Shown here piece after piece: positions 17,348 through 36,447 of a stretch of DNA of 64,000 bases. Where the stretch lies: NCBI RefSeq assembly GCF_009914755.1, contig NC_060939.1; one strand, 5' to 3'. The position numbers and the translations under genes were made by a program. The first letter of the stretch is position 1; each line of letters starts with the position of its first letter. The notes under the pieces are model-generated. The model worked only from the letters and a program-made list of their open reading frames with translations. It had not been told where the DNA came from and did not search any database. Origin of the DNA: the human T2T-CHM13v2.0 reference genome, Homo sapiens.

Positions 17348-17433
17348 CTTGAGTCCTTGCCAGGGGAGGCTGCCTCGAAGGAAATACATGAACATATGGC
17401 CTAGGGCTTCCAAATCATCTCTCCGGCTTTGCT
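17348..17433 (-). CDS. CSNK1G1: CSNK1G1 coding exon (86 nt; [29 protein letters not shown])
   Basis: ORF 17267..17458 has the CK1 SRRDDLE and LPWQGLK motifs. Acceptor cttttag|, donor AAG|gtatcc. Confidence 0.97.
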
Positions 17434-18054
17434 CTAAAAGGGAAGACAGATCACACATTATGTTTGCAGTTATTAAAGCAGAAAGAGGTTCAAAACCAAG
17501 TAATCCCTTCAGAAACCCTTCGGCTCTGGAAAGGCTCTGCTTACTAATTACTTGTATATTTAAACCAAGGATAGTATTTTAGATCAAAACCCTAAACCGA
17601 TGTGTACTTCCTTTGCCTAGATCTGTTGATGGTAAGTAAATATCAAGAGAAAAGAGCAAATTCTGAATTAAAACCAAGCCCAAATCACTAAACAGTGAAT
17701 TTCCACCCCTCACTCAATGCTGTCACCTTCCTGAAAGTGATAAAATTTTAATGAAATGCTATTTCCAGTATATGGGCTACAATTACCTTTTAGTTACCAC
17801 CAGAGAGTGAGCAGCAGATTAAGCAACCCAAACTGTTAAAACAGTCCATTCTGGCTAGGCCTGCAAAGATACAAGCTGCAAAATGCCTAGCAAACATGCC
17901 AAGTGCTTTTTATTCATCATAAAAATTAACACTTAAAATTAAGTTTCATATCAATGAACATCAGTACATACTCTCTTGGCTCCCATTCAATTTGTACCAT
18001 GTCCTATAACCTCAAAAACATTTTAGAATTTATTACTAAGGTCTCCTCAAAATT

Positions 18055-19028
18055 AGATGGGTAAGGCTACACACATCTGTAGTGCCAGCTACTTAAGAGG
18101 CTGACGTGAGAGGATCGCTTCGGCCCAGGAGTTCGAGATAAGCCTGGGCAACATAATGAGACCTCATCCCAAAACAAAATAAAACAAAAAATCAAAGTCC
18201 CTGCATTCTGGAAGCGTATCTAAAACAAGTTGCTGGGTTTTTCTCTCCTTTTAATTGGGAAGGTGAAGATGACAAAGAACTGCAAAATAGTTAACAAAAA
18301 ACTGCAACTTCATCTCAGAAAACATCCTACACATTCTTTGATTGTTAGAATCTAAGTAGTACACACCTTCGTTTCTTTATTCTTTTTTACAGACAGAGTC
18401 CTTGCTCTGTTTCCTAGGCTTGAGTGCAGTGTTGTGATCATGGCTCACTGCAGCCTCAAATTCCTGAGCCCAAGGGACCCTTCTGCCTCAGCTGAGTAGC
18501 TAGGAATATAAGTGTGTGGAACCACACTCGGCTAATTTATTTATTTTTATTTTTTGTGAAGATGGGATGTCGCTATGTTGCTCAAGCTGGTCTCAAACTC
18601 CTGGCCTCAAGCAAATCTAACATATCAGCCTCCCAAACTGCTGGGATTACCCATGTGAGCCATTGCACCCAGTCCATGCATTCATTTTGAATTTGCCAAT
18701 TATGGTTTAGTCTCAGATTTCTTTTTTCTTTTTTTTTTTTTTTTGAGACAAGGTCTCGCTCTGTTGCCTAGGCTAGAGTACAGTAGCATGTTCTTGGACA
18801 CTGCAGCCTCGCCCTCCTGGGCTCAAGTGATCCTCCCACCTCAGCTTCCTCACTAGCTGGGACTACAGGCATGCACCACCATCCCTGGCTACTTTTTGTA
18901 TTTTTTATAGTTACTGGGTTTTGCCATGTTTCCCAGGCTGGTCTTGAACTCCTGGGCCAATCAAGCAATCAACCAGCCTTGGCCTCCCAAAGTGCTGGCA
19001 CTACAGGTGTGAGCCACCACACCTGGCC
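18055..19028. mobile_element. FLAM (+, ~18055-18191) and two AluJ (-, ~18380-18675, ~18718-19028)
   Basis: Diverged Alu consensus blocks. Confidence 0.85.
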
Positions 19029-20009
19029 CATCTCAGACATTTTATGTGTTTATTTTTCAGAATCAAGTTTAGGGCTTTATCTGAATAAACTACAGAAGCA
19101 AGACTAAGAGGCTACCTTCAACTTGATTGTGCTTTCTTTGTACAGAAAGTAAAACCCAAGAGAGCCAGAGAAAGCCACTCAGCTAACTCAAAATACAGAA
19201 GTGCAACATGTTTAACTATTGCCTTAAATTATAGGGAATTTGCATGAAAAAGAATAGTAGTCTACAGGGTAGATGAAGAAAGAAAAGGCAACTTTTTAAA
19301 TAATGATTTGATGGAGGTTGTAAAAAGATGGTTACTAATGGGAAGGAGAGGTACCCTGACAGAGATAAATAACATAAAACTGAGTTGGTATACAACAATT
19401 GAAACAATCTTAAAAAGAATGAAAACAGCATGACCATCAGAATCCTTTGTCTACATGGCTTGTCTGAAGTTTGCAATAAAATATTCATAATTGAAAAAAA
19501 AAGCAGTTATACAAAAACAGTTTGTTGACACAACCTAAGGATGCACAAATGAAAAAGAGAAAAGAACAAGGAGAGTTGAGTGGAGGCCTCCCACAAAGCA
19601 GGGCAGATAGAGAAACGACTCTGCAGTTTCTCATACTGTATCACACCTACTCATTGCCTCTCCATTTTTATATCCACTTCCTGTAACAAGAAGCCCCTTG
19701 GTTATTAAAAATTCACTGGACAAATGTTTGAATTTTAAACAGTTGAGCACTAGAGGGCGAAAACTCTCCACATTTTCAATATTGATCAGGCCTACAGAAA
19801 AAAGATTTCACAGCAAAATAAATTATGAGATTAATATATTTTTAAAACTCACTGGAATAAGTAATAAAGTAACTTTTCAAATCCTGAGAACTATGAAAAA
19901 GAACTATAGAATATGGGACAATAGGAAAAATAAGGGTTCCTAAATCAGGAAGGGTACCTAAATAAGGTACCCAAAATAAGGGTACCTAAATCAGCTCAAC
20001 GATTTAGGT

Positions 20010-20165
20010 ATCTAGATCTTGGTTTATCCTTTCCACTAATTTAATCCAGTGAAATTAAGCATGGTCAAGTCACCTACTTTGGGTCTCAGTTTCCTCATCT
20101 GAAAATAAAGTGTTCAATCTGGGGAGAATTTGAAAAGTCATTTTCCAGCTCTAAAATTCTAAAAT
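20010..20165 (+). mobile_element. MIR fragment
   Basis: MIR core ggtcaagtcacct...tctcagtttcctcatctgaaaat. Confidence 0.7.
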
Positions 20166-20574
20166 AATCTGATAACTTAAGCCTTTAGGGCCTTTCAGGA
20201 AAAAAATAAGAGTGAAAACCAGAGCATGCTTTATTTTCATACGACTTTGAACACTCCACACTTGTCCAATTCATTATTTCTACATGCCCTCATTTTTTCA
20301 TGCAGCATATTTTCATTTTCAAAGAAGAAAGGTTTCCAATACCAGTGAGACCAGCAGGACACAAAATTCTTCAATTCTTCTGATTGGTTGAAAGGTGTGC
20401 TTTCATCCAATCAGAAAGATGTGCTTGGTTTACATGCATAACATCCCTGATTTTAGGTTAAATATATTTGTTGAAGGCAGGGAGCAAGGTAACCCAGTGT
20501 TCTCACCCTAATTTCAACCATTAAATAATATAAATTGGGCTTCTCAGTAAAAGCTTAATCAGTGGGAAGGTGGC

Positions 20575-20990
20575 TACTATGGTCTGGATTTCTGTCCTTC
20601 CCCCGGACCCCCCAACACACACAAACCTCACGTTGAAATTTGATCCCAATGTTCGAAGCTGGGCCAAATGGAAGGTGTTTGGGTCATGGGGGTATATCCC
20701 TCATTAACTGATTAACGACCTCCCTTAGGGATGAGTTCCCAAGAAAGCAGGTTGGTGAGAAGAGCCTAGCACCCCCCTTCCCATGTGATCTGCACATGCT
20801 GGCTGCTCCCCTTCCCCTTACACCATGAGTGGAAGCAGCATGAGGCCCCTGAGGCCCTCACCAGATGCAGATGCCAGTGCCATGCTTCTTGTACAGCCTG
20901 CAGAACCCTGAGCCAAATTTAAAGGTCTTTTCTTTATAAAATGACCCAGCCTCAGGTATTCCTTTATAGCAACACAAAATGGACTAAGTA
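20575..20990 (+). mobile_element. MST-family (ERVL-MaLR) solo LTR
   Basis: tactatggtctgga...gtgtttgggtcatgggg...cagcctgcagaacc...cctcaggtattcctttatagcaacacaaaatggactaag. Confidence 0.85.
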
Positions 20991-21454
20991 AGTGTGGCTA
21001 CTCTGATGTGGCAACTAATGCAAGGTTTAGGAGGCTTCTTCTCTTGTCCTCCTCCTCTGTAAAATTAAGAAGTGATTTTCTCAAAGCCATTTGAAAATAC
21101 ACATCTCAGTCATTTCTTCTTTGCAACACAAAAAAATGCAACACATTTAAAAACCAATAGCATTAGAGTTCCTACAAAAACTTCTATCGTTTGAGGCATG
21201 GGAAAGAGTTTAAAAAGCAGTGACAACTTTCTTTATGTATTCTCTGTAATGCAGAGAGCACAAAATATGATGACAGGTTAGATTTGACCTGAAAAACTCT
21301 GGTACTCAGTAAGCCAAGTCTGGGGGTAAACTCAAAAGTCCCGGCAGGAATGGCAGTACACCAAGAGATGAAACAGACTGATGCACAGTAGATGCTTAAA
21401 ACAGATTTTGTTGAATAAATAATAATCGGGATAATTACAATATGGACTGATATT

Positions 21455-22060
21455 ACTATTATCAGGCATTATGCTAAACATTTTACATACATTATCTCAT
21501 AGAACCATATATTACAGGCATAATTATCATACCCATTTTATACATGAGATAACCGAGGCTGAGGGAAGAAGGTTATTGGATCAAAATTACATAGCTATTA
21601 AGAAAGAGCGCCAGGATTTGCATCCTTTTTCTTAACCACTACTCTGTATCTTATACAAACATAACATGAACACCCATCCCTTGTCTGTTCTTGTCTTTCC
21701 TCTTAAGAACAATAAAATTAGTACACAAATGGCTGAGCCCAGGAAGTGGGCATTAAAACAACTTCTAGAGTTTGTCAGTTAAACCACATAATCTTAAGTT
21801 TATTATTTAAGATACAGTTTTTGTTTCCTTGTAAAATGGAAAATTACTTGTCATTGTGAAGGAAGAAGGGGATGCTGAGCACTATGCAAGAGACCTATGT
21901 CAGACATGGTGCTTTCACATATATTATCCATTCAACCCTCAAAATATCCCTGTGAAGCATTACCCTCATTTTACAGAGGAGTTTCAGTGAGATTAAGTAA
22001 CTTGTCCAAAGTAACGCTGATAGTAAGTACCAGAGGACCTCTAGTCTAATTTTAAAGTAT
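21455..22060 (-). mobile_element. Two MIR fragments (~21455-21650, ~21880-22060)
   Basis: cccattttatacatgagataaccgaggct and cattttacagagg...ttaagtaacttgtccaa. Confidence 0.65.
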
Positions 22061-22264
22061 TACATTTACTTAAGTGAGGATTTCCATGTGGTTACTGAAA
22101 AAATCTTGATAACATCATAATTTCAAATCGAATTGTATCATACTACTTTGTAATGCCATTTTTTACTCTTCACTATCACTTGAATTCCTCAGGTGAATAA
22201 CCTGTGTAGTTTACTCAATGAGGGAACTTAGTAGATATTACATTAGTCTTTAAAATACTTATTA

Positions 22265-22957
<693 letters not shown>

Positions 22958-23728
22958 CTACTCTCTAGAATGTTGATTTTCAAACATGTTTTTTTCAATC
23001 ACCTAGGAGTCTTTTCTTCAAATAGAATCTTCCATGGAAGCCCAATATATGAAACATAAAAAAGGGAGGCTTTTTTGAAGTGGATAAGCCTAGGGCTCTG
23101 CCTGCTTGGTCTCCCCACTGTTCCTTAGGCTTCTCTGACAAATACTCTCCCCCTTGGGCTAGTTCCTCACAGGTAAGGTCTTCTGCCTTGATTAGAGCAT
23201 TTAACAATATTTGTGCAGGTTGTTTATCCTGAGTAAATTGCAAGACTAATGGTAAACCAAGTATATTTTCACTGAATAAGACAGAAGCTCTTCCTTGAAG
23301 ACTTCTGTGCAGAACTATGTGCAGTGAACAGAAGTCTACTCCATTTTTAGTGAGGCACTCTTCCCCACCGCTGACCCAGCCTGATGTCCTCTTCAGGACT
23401 ATCATATATAGGGTCATACATAAGTAAATACCAAATTCATTACTAAACTCATTAAAATGCTATCCTCTTTTTACAATAATTCAAGTACTCACACTGCTCA
23501 GAAACTAAACATTTGGAAACAGTGTAAAGAATTAAGAACCTATGCATAGTCTATAGGATTCTTTGAAAAGTCATTAACTTACCATCTCAACTTCTCATGT
23601 ATAAAAATCACTCAACCTTGTGAAACAATAAAAACCACAAGTTGTAATGCACAATGGGGATATAATGTTACAGAAATAATAAACTGTTCTAATGACTCGC
23701 CCCTTTCATGGAACAGAAAAAAACACAC

Positions 23729-23963
23729 CTTTGCCAAGATGCGTGTTGATAGACATATATCTTGCAGTTCCAGTTAAACTTTTGTGTTCCCTATAAGGTA
23801 TGTGTTTTTTGGTTTCGGGGTCAATGTATTCCTTGGCCAGTCCAAAGTCTATAATGTGTATAACATGCTCTTTCTTATTGCCTTGTCGACCAATCAGGAA
23901 GTTCTCTGGCTTGACATCTCGGTAAATGAGGTTCTTTGAGTGCACGTATTCCATTCGAGAAAG
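23729..23963 (-). CDS. CSNK1G1: CSNK1G1 coding exon (235 nt; catalytic loop [13 protein letters not shown]1-specific SIN motif)
   Basis: ORF 23706..23978 gives [25 protein letters not shown]...[10 protein letters not shown]...[14 protein letters not shown]. Acceptor ctttcag|, donor AAG|gtgtgt. Confidence 0.98.
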
Positions 23964-24475
23964 CTGAAAGAGAAACAAATGATAGAAAGACTGTAAAGAA
24001 GTATATCAGGAAAATACATCAAAACAGTTTCTTTAGCCAGACCAAGGTTTTAATTATTGAAATAACAGTAAAATTCATCTCCTTTCACCGCCCTGAGTCA
24101 CTTCACTGACTTGTAAACAAAAAAATATTTTGCTATAAATACGTACACAACAAATATCAAGACTAGGAAAAAAAGTGGGATAGTACAGGTCTGCTAAAAT
24201 GATAGCTCAATTTTACCTCATAATGTCACAATTTGCAAATGACAAATGAAATCAGTTGTTTATATGCTACGTCAGAAAATTAAGCATTTGAGACAAAAGA
24301 AGTATTCCCAGGTAGGATATCAAACTGTTGGTGACCTTTGAGACAAATGCCACTGCTACATTCACCTTCTGCCCACATCTTCTTATGCTTATTTGGACAA
24401 GACTACCCAACCCAGTTTTCGATGTTGTGAGGCCCAGAGAAGTTAATACTGGCCTGACATCACATAGCTAATTAG

Positions 24476-25349
<874 letters not shown>

Positions 25350-25786
25350 CTTTTCTACTAACTTTTAGTAGAGAAAGAGAAGCTCAGATATTTGAATTTG
25401 GGGCTCAAAAGTCAAAGTCAATTATCTAACATTTCCAAATTTTTATAGGACAGTGGGAGAGACCATTACCATTTTAAACAAATGAAGATATATTTGCATC
25501 CTTCCCCAAAGGGCTTGTGACAAACTTCTCAAAGGAACTGTTGGAACTGCTTCTTAAACTGGTATTTGTGTATAATTTGGTAGGAGCTACAAGAGCTGCC
25601 TCTTCAGCTGAAATTTGTCTCTGAGAGAACTGGAGGCCTGAGAACTACAGCAAATTCCTAGTCACACAATTTTGAATCTGAGTGTTAGTGCAATGGGTTA
25701 TAACATCAATCTTTTCTTGGTTGCAACAGTGAAGGGAGAGATAGGACATGACAAAACCTTACAGCTATATTTAAAACACATAAATA

Positions 25787-26090
25787 GGCTGGGTGCAGTG
25801 GTTCATGCCTGTAATCCTAGCACATTGGGAGGCCGAGGTGGGAGGACTGCTTGAGACCAGTTTAGACAAGCCTGGGCAACATAGTGGGAGTCTGTCTCCA
25901 AAACACTTTTTTTTTTTTAAATGAGCTGGCATGGCACCTGCAGTCCTAGCTGCTGGAGAGGCTGAGGCAGGAGAATCACTTGAGCCTAGGAGTTTGAGGT
26001 TGCACTGAGCTATGATCATGCTACTGTACTCTAGCCTGGGTGACAGAGACCCTGTCTCAAAAATGAAAAACAAAACAAAACAAAATCAAA
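25787..26090 (+). mobile_element. AluJ-like
   Basis: Diverged Alu dimer with (caaaa)n tail. Confidence 0.88.
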
Positions 26091-26399
26091 TAAATTATTC
26101 ACATTTTTACAACTCCATCTAATCGACCTCTTTCTCCCTAATCTAAATTATATACTTCCTCTTCAGTTAAGGGCAGAGCATTGCTCCAAGGTGCAAAGTC
26201 TTAAAATAGAGCAAATTGCAGATGTAGTGTGACTTCTCTGAATTTACCCTTTTTGCCCCAGCCAGCTTCCCAGAATGCCATCAAGCCTGTGAGTACTAAT
26301 TCTTGATGTGTTGCTACGGCTAGTAAATCACCAAAAGGCCCACAAGGATGTGGCTGAGGAACCAGCTTATTCTCTTCTAGAAGAGCAATTCCAACTTAC

Positions 26400-26551
26400 C
26401 AACTGGATGGCTATCATTAACACCGTCTTCAAAGTAAATGTTCGGTCACAGAGGTCAAACAAGTCCTCCAAGCTAGGGCCAAGGAGCTCCAGCACCATGG
26501 CATTATATTTCCCACATGGTCCAAAGTAATACACCTGTGGGAGACCTTCAC
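26400..26551 (-). CDS. CSNK1G1: CSNK1G1 coding exon (152 nt; [51 protein letters not shown])
   Basis: ORF 26367..26594 contains the CK1 [10 protein letters not shown] motif. Acceptor tgctttcag|GT, donor TTG|gtaagt; 2+50x3 nt. Confidence 0.97.
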
Positions 26552-27375
26552 CTGAAAGCAGAGGGGAAATGGGGGTATACAGTGGGAGACACAAAAGCCA
26601 AAATATGAGATAACAGTATTAGCACTGAATAAAATATTTTTAAAAGTACAATTTGTGAGATTTCCATTTTCTTTCATAGTCCCTACTGGAAACTCAAACT
26701 GAGCACAACAGCTTCAATGGGAACTAATAATGATGGGAAAGGCTAAGTCATTGCACAATACGTTCAAATGAGTAGTTATTTAATACCACAGTGCCAAAAA
26801 CATTTCCACTGCTATAAGATAGAGAATGGTCCCTGATCCATTGGATCTTCCCAAAAGGATGCCTGAAAGTGCAGTATCATAAAAGGCTCAAAGGATGGCT
26901 CACTGAGCTCAAAGGCCAGGCTAACATAACTTGTTACATTATCTGGTTCATGAGCACTCTCTATGCTTACTGCCATAGCCACATGGGCTATTTGGAACTG
27001 TTGCCCTATGGACAACTCAGACTGAAGAGGCAAGGTCACAGAGCGTGCAGCCTGGCCCCAGGCCAGCACAACTGGCCCTCTTTTCACAGGGAGTCTCTAT
27101 AGTTTTTTGTTTTTTATCAGCTGGAGAAAAGTCAACAGACACTTAGTGTTTGGTTGCTGATAAGTGCTGATGAAAGGAAAAGGGGGAAAAAACACAAGGC
27201 TGGGTTTTCCCCAGATTTGAAATTCATAACTATTAAGAAGCCAAAATCCAGACTTTCTCACCTAAGTGGCAAATTGTGAATGAATTTCCTTTATAAAGTG
27301 CATTGTAAATATGAGGCATTCACTAAATATATAACTGGTACCATGAGAATAGTAGATATTAAATAGGATTACAGA

Positions 27376-27671
<296 letters not shown>

Positions 27672-27802
27672 TTATAGAACACTTAAAAAATTATCTGGTT
27701 TCACAGAGCAGAAACATTCCCATCTTATATATTTATGTATATAGTGGTCTACAGTTGCATATGTTGTAGATTATTGTTTGCTTCTGCCTCTAAGTGTTTT
27801 AA

Positions 27803-28990
<1,188 letters not shown>

Positions 28991-29254
28991 CCCAAAGAGT
29001 CTTTTTTTCCCGGTTGTTTTGAAGAAGTCATTTTTCAGCTTTTTAAAAATATATAAAACCCAACTAGTTGTTTCCAATGACTCCTGCTGAGACATCCAAA
29101 GCAGAACACTCTGTCCTAGAGATTTACTGCTTTTATTAATCAGACACATGGTAAATGCAGTTTGGGGATCTTTTAAATTTATGTCCTATATAAGGATTTA
29201 ATGCCACTAAAATGTTATTTTCCTAATATAAATATTATATTCTTCAAAGCAGGT

Positions 29255-30980
<1,726 letters not shown>

Positions 30981-31553
30981 TATTACTCCATTCGTTGGTT
31001 AAATTGCAAATCTGGGCATAATATCCTCTTTCTAAAGTACAAGCTAAAAGTCAGGCTTGCTTAGAAATATAATATTGGCATAATTTCCTACACTTGTTGC
31101 CAATACTTAAGGTTCAGTTTAAATGAGACAACTGATCTTGTTCTTAATAATCCTTAGTATCAAATCTAGATTATCTTTTGCCAGAAGTTTCCATGTTTAC
31201 AATGAAGTCACAAAAGGATTTTGAGTAATATCTACAATTTCTAACTATAATGTCACCCATTACTCCTACCTAGGAACTTGGAAGAATTAAGAGTTCCTGC
31301 TCGCTGCATTATTGGTTTTATTAAGTACCCTGAGACCTCACAACACACTGGCAGGCTTTGGGATGCTCAAAGCAACTTCTAGACCACTGAGTGGTTTTGA
31401 AGCATTTCTAGGAGAGGGTCAAGGTCCGAGATACCAGTGTAGAAAAAGCTCAAGTCAGAGTCTTAGATCTAGTATTTGCTTCTGCTTTCAACTCTGGCAC
31501 ATTCCTTAGCCTCTCTGGGTTAGCTTATTCATCTGTAAAGAGGAGGGGGTTTA

Positions 31554-32295
31554 CACAATGAGATACCATCTCACGCCAGTCAGAATGGTGATTATTAAAA
31601 AGTCAGGAAACAACAGATGCTGGAGAGGCTATGGAGAAATAGGAACACTTTTACACTGTTGGTAGGAATGTAAATTAGTTCAACCATTGTGGAAGACAGT
31701 ATGGTGATTCCTTAAGGATATAGAACCAGAAATACCACTTGACCCAGCAATCCCATTACTGAGTATATACCCAAAGGAATATAAATCATTCTACTATAAA
31801 GACACATGCACATGTATGTTTACTGCAGCACTATTTACAATAGCAAAGACATGGAACCAACCCAAATGCCCATCAATGATAGACTGGATAAAGAAAATAT
31901 GGTACATACACACCATGGAATACTATGCAGCCATAAAAAGGAACAAGATCATGTCCTTTGCAGGGACATGAATGAAGCTGGAAGCCATCATCCTCAGCAA
32001 ACTAACACAGGAACAGAAAACCAAACACCACATGTTCTCACTCATAAGTGGGAGTTGAACATTGAGAACACATGGACACAGAGAGGGGAACAACACACAC
32101 CAGGGCCTGTTGGTGGATGGGGGGTCGGGGGAGGGAACTTAGAAGACGGGTCAATAGGTGTAGCACACCACCATGGCACACATGTACCTACGTAACAAAC
32201 CTGCACATTCTGCACATGTATCCCGTTTTTTTTCTCCTTAGAAGAAATAAAGAAATAACAACAACAACAACAACAAAAAAAAAAAAAAAAAAAAA
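31554..32295 (+). mobile_element. 5'-truncated primate L1 (older L1PA type): ORF2 end, 3'UTR and poly-A, inserted into a MIR
   Basis: L1 3' sequence gagataccatctcacgccagtcagaatgg...aacaaacctgcacattctgcacatgtatccc; 17-bp TSD aaagaggagggggttta (31537-31553 and 32293-32309). Confidence 0.93.
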
Positions 32296-32459
32296 GAGGA
32301 GGGGGTTTAGACTGGTTCCTTTCAAAATCCAAATTCTTATGGCCAGGATTTCCTTCTAGCTACCTTCTGGGTTCCTCTTTGTAAAGCCACAGAACTATGA
32401 ATGAAACTCACCTCCATATTTTATGAAATAACGTGTGGCACCAATTCAAATATAAGCTG

Positions 32460-32642
32460 GTAGTGAAACTCAACTGGAAGTGTATCTATCAGAAATATCT
32501 TTAAAACTTAAAAAAAAAAAAAAACCCAAAATGAGATGCAGTGACTTCACCTCCTACCTACTGAGTCAGAATTTCTAGGAGTGGAAGCAAACATTGCTCC
32601 ACAAGTGATTCTGATGTGTAACCTCAGCTGAAAAACACTATA
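32460..32642. mobile_element. MER5-like (hAT-Charlie) DNA transposon remnant
   Basis: cctactgagtcagaatttctagg...aagtgattctgatg...gaaaaacact resembles MER5. Confidence 0.55.
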
Positions 32643-34837
32643 TCTAGAGAGTAGAAATAAAGGGTTTTGCTTTGTTTTATGATTAATATAAGGATTCAGA
32701 ATACAGTGACAGGTCTCTTTCAGAAGTTATTTCAGATCAAAACAACTGGACTCAATACCTTTTGAAGGAAAGAATTTTAAGGCAAGTTAAAAAGATTTCT
32801 CTGTTTAAAGTTTCTTAGTTATTTTCTTACAGAAAATATACCTTTGAGCATAAAAGTTTCTTTGGGAGATGTAGCTGTAATTTATTAGAACTATCTGTAC
32901 AGAAAGCTCCCCATGCAAGTTCTACTCTGAGCCTGGTTTTTCGCAGGAGTGCCCATAAAGTGGTCTGTGCTGGTGGTAAAAGACACAAACACAAGCACAC
33001 TAAGAAAGTCTGTCTCTTTGGTCAGAGATTACCACACAGTAACGGCTTATCAGCTGGGCTGCATTTAAATGAAAAAAAAAATCCTGTATATTTCATTCTT
33101 CTTTTGCAGAGCCATCTCTAATCCACTGCTTAAGAAATTTTAAATTAATCAACATTATGCTATGAAATCCTTTAATGAGGCTGGGGAGAAGGGCAGATCC
33201 TTAAGTGCAACATAAGGTACACATGCGGTAAACAGGTACTTTCTATAAATAATTATGAGGGAATGGAAAGGAAGTGGGAGACTCAGGCAAGGAAGATATG
33301 TGCTGGATTCTTTGATCAATGGTATATTGGAAACTAAGGTATTAATAGTTTTATAATCTCTCATCTGCTCTGGAAATAATGTGCTAATGAGGTCTCCCCT
33401 TCCTAAATTGGTAAACTGCATAGAAACCTGGAAACTAAAGAAGTGACTACTGAATTTTACTTTTCTGAAGGATTTCCAATAGATTTCATTATATTTCCTT
33501 TAACTACAGGTTAAATCTCTTATAAACCAAACTGCAAGGTTACATATACAGTACATATGTTATCTTGTATATTTTTCTTAGTACTATGAAAGAGCCTTTC
33601 CATCATCAATAACATGATGTTATAAACCCTGCCAGACATATGGCTCACACGTACATCAAGCTGCACAGAATAGGCAATGAATGTAGAACACTAGAGCTAA
33701 TTTTCAGTCTGTATGAAGTTTAACTTGAGTCAAATACACCAATTCAAGGAAAATGGCTTCTTTTATCATCCAAGCTGTTATCTAAAAACAATCTACAACA
33801 CATTATGAACCCTAACTACTCTAAGTAGAGATATTTTAAAATGCACATCAGGTTGAGAACTGAAATAGAACCACCTCAAAGGTTTTGGTAATTTGATCCT
33901 ATTATTGCCTAATAATTAGTCTTTCATTCTTTTTTAAAAACTAAATTACCTAACTATGAAGGACAACAACCTTGGCAAGCCCATTCTTTTGCTTTGTTTA
34001 TATAGTTTATTTTTTAATGTTTAAAGAAAATAGAATAATTTTTCTCCCAAATTAAATTAATTCTCTTCTCAGCCCCATCAATAGTAATAGTTTCTAGCAC
34101 AACTACTAAATGCTCTGTAATGTTTCTGAGGGATCAGGCAATTATTATTATAATACATGGGCAATTATCATTAAAGAAAATAATATTAAACATGTACCCT
34201 TAGCAAGAAATCAGAAATAGGCAGATAAATGAGATGTTATTCCATTGTAAGTAACGAAAGGGAAAAATGGAAGCATAGCCTTTAAAACTCTGAGAATAAA
34301 CCCATGAAACAATGCATTATTACAAAGATATGAGATAATACGTAGTATATCTTTTTTAAAAAAGAACAAACAATCCCTCTCATGTCTCTGACTCTGAAAA
34401 ATGTCTCTTTGCAACATGAACCAGTTAAACATATGAATTTACTCAAAATGCTGGTTTAATAACAAAAACAGCTAGGCCCAGAATTAAGAAAACAGGATTA
34501 CTTTGTCTGTCCTGTAATGAAAAATGTTTTACAATCATCTTGTTTAAAGGCCTCCTGGGAACTGGAATACTGCCAAACATAGGCTGCTAACACGAGCTCA
34601 AATTTGTATGGTGGGGGAAGAGGCAGTGAGGAAAGGCAAAAGAAGAGGAATAATTTCACATTTCCGAGCCACAGACATTGAGCTTTAACAGTGTCTCTAT
34701 TACATACACATAATTATGAATGCCTTGAGCCTTAAAGCAGGCTTAACATTTTATTTACCCAAAAGGAGTCAGAAAAGAAAGCCCAAGACAGGACAGAGGA
34801 CAGATTTCTTCTATAGTAGATAGAATCCAAAATACAC

Positions 34838-36023
<1,186 letters not shown>

Positions 36024-36113
36024 CAAAATAAAAACAGGTAAAAGTGTGTTGTGTATTGGAGGTGGGTAGGGGCAGAGGAGTAAAGTCCTTTCCCTTTCCA
36101 AAAAGACTAACTC

Positions 36114-36447
<334 letters not shown>

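Noticed and set aside
19928-20012. CRISPR-like repeat array
   Set aside because: Units are ~14 bp, adjacent, have no spacers, and lie in a eukaryotic intron.
23706-23728. ORF read-through past the gtgtgt donor (GKGVFFSVP*) as a truncated isoform
   Set aside because: This is simply intron sequence in the ORF track; nothing supports intron retention.
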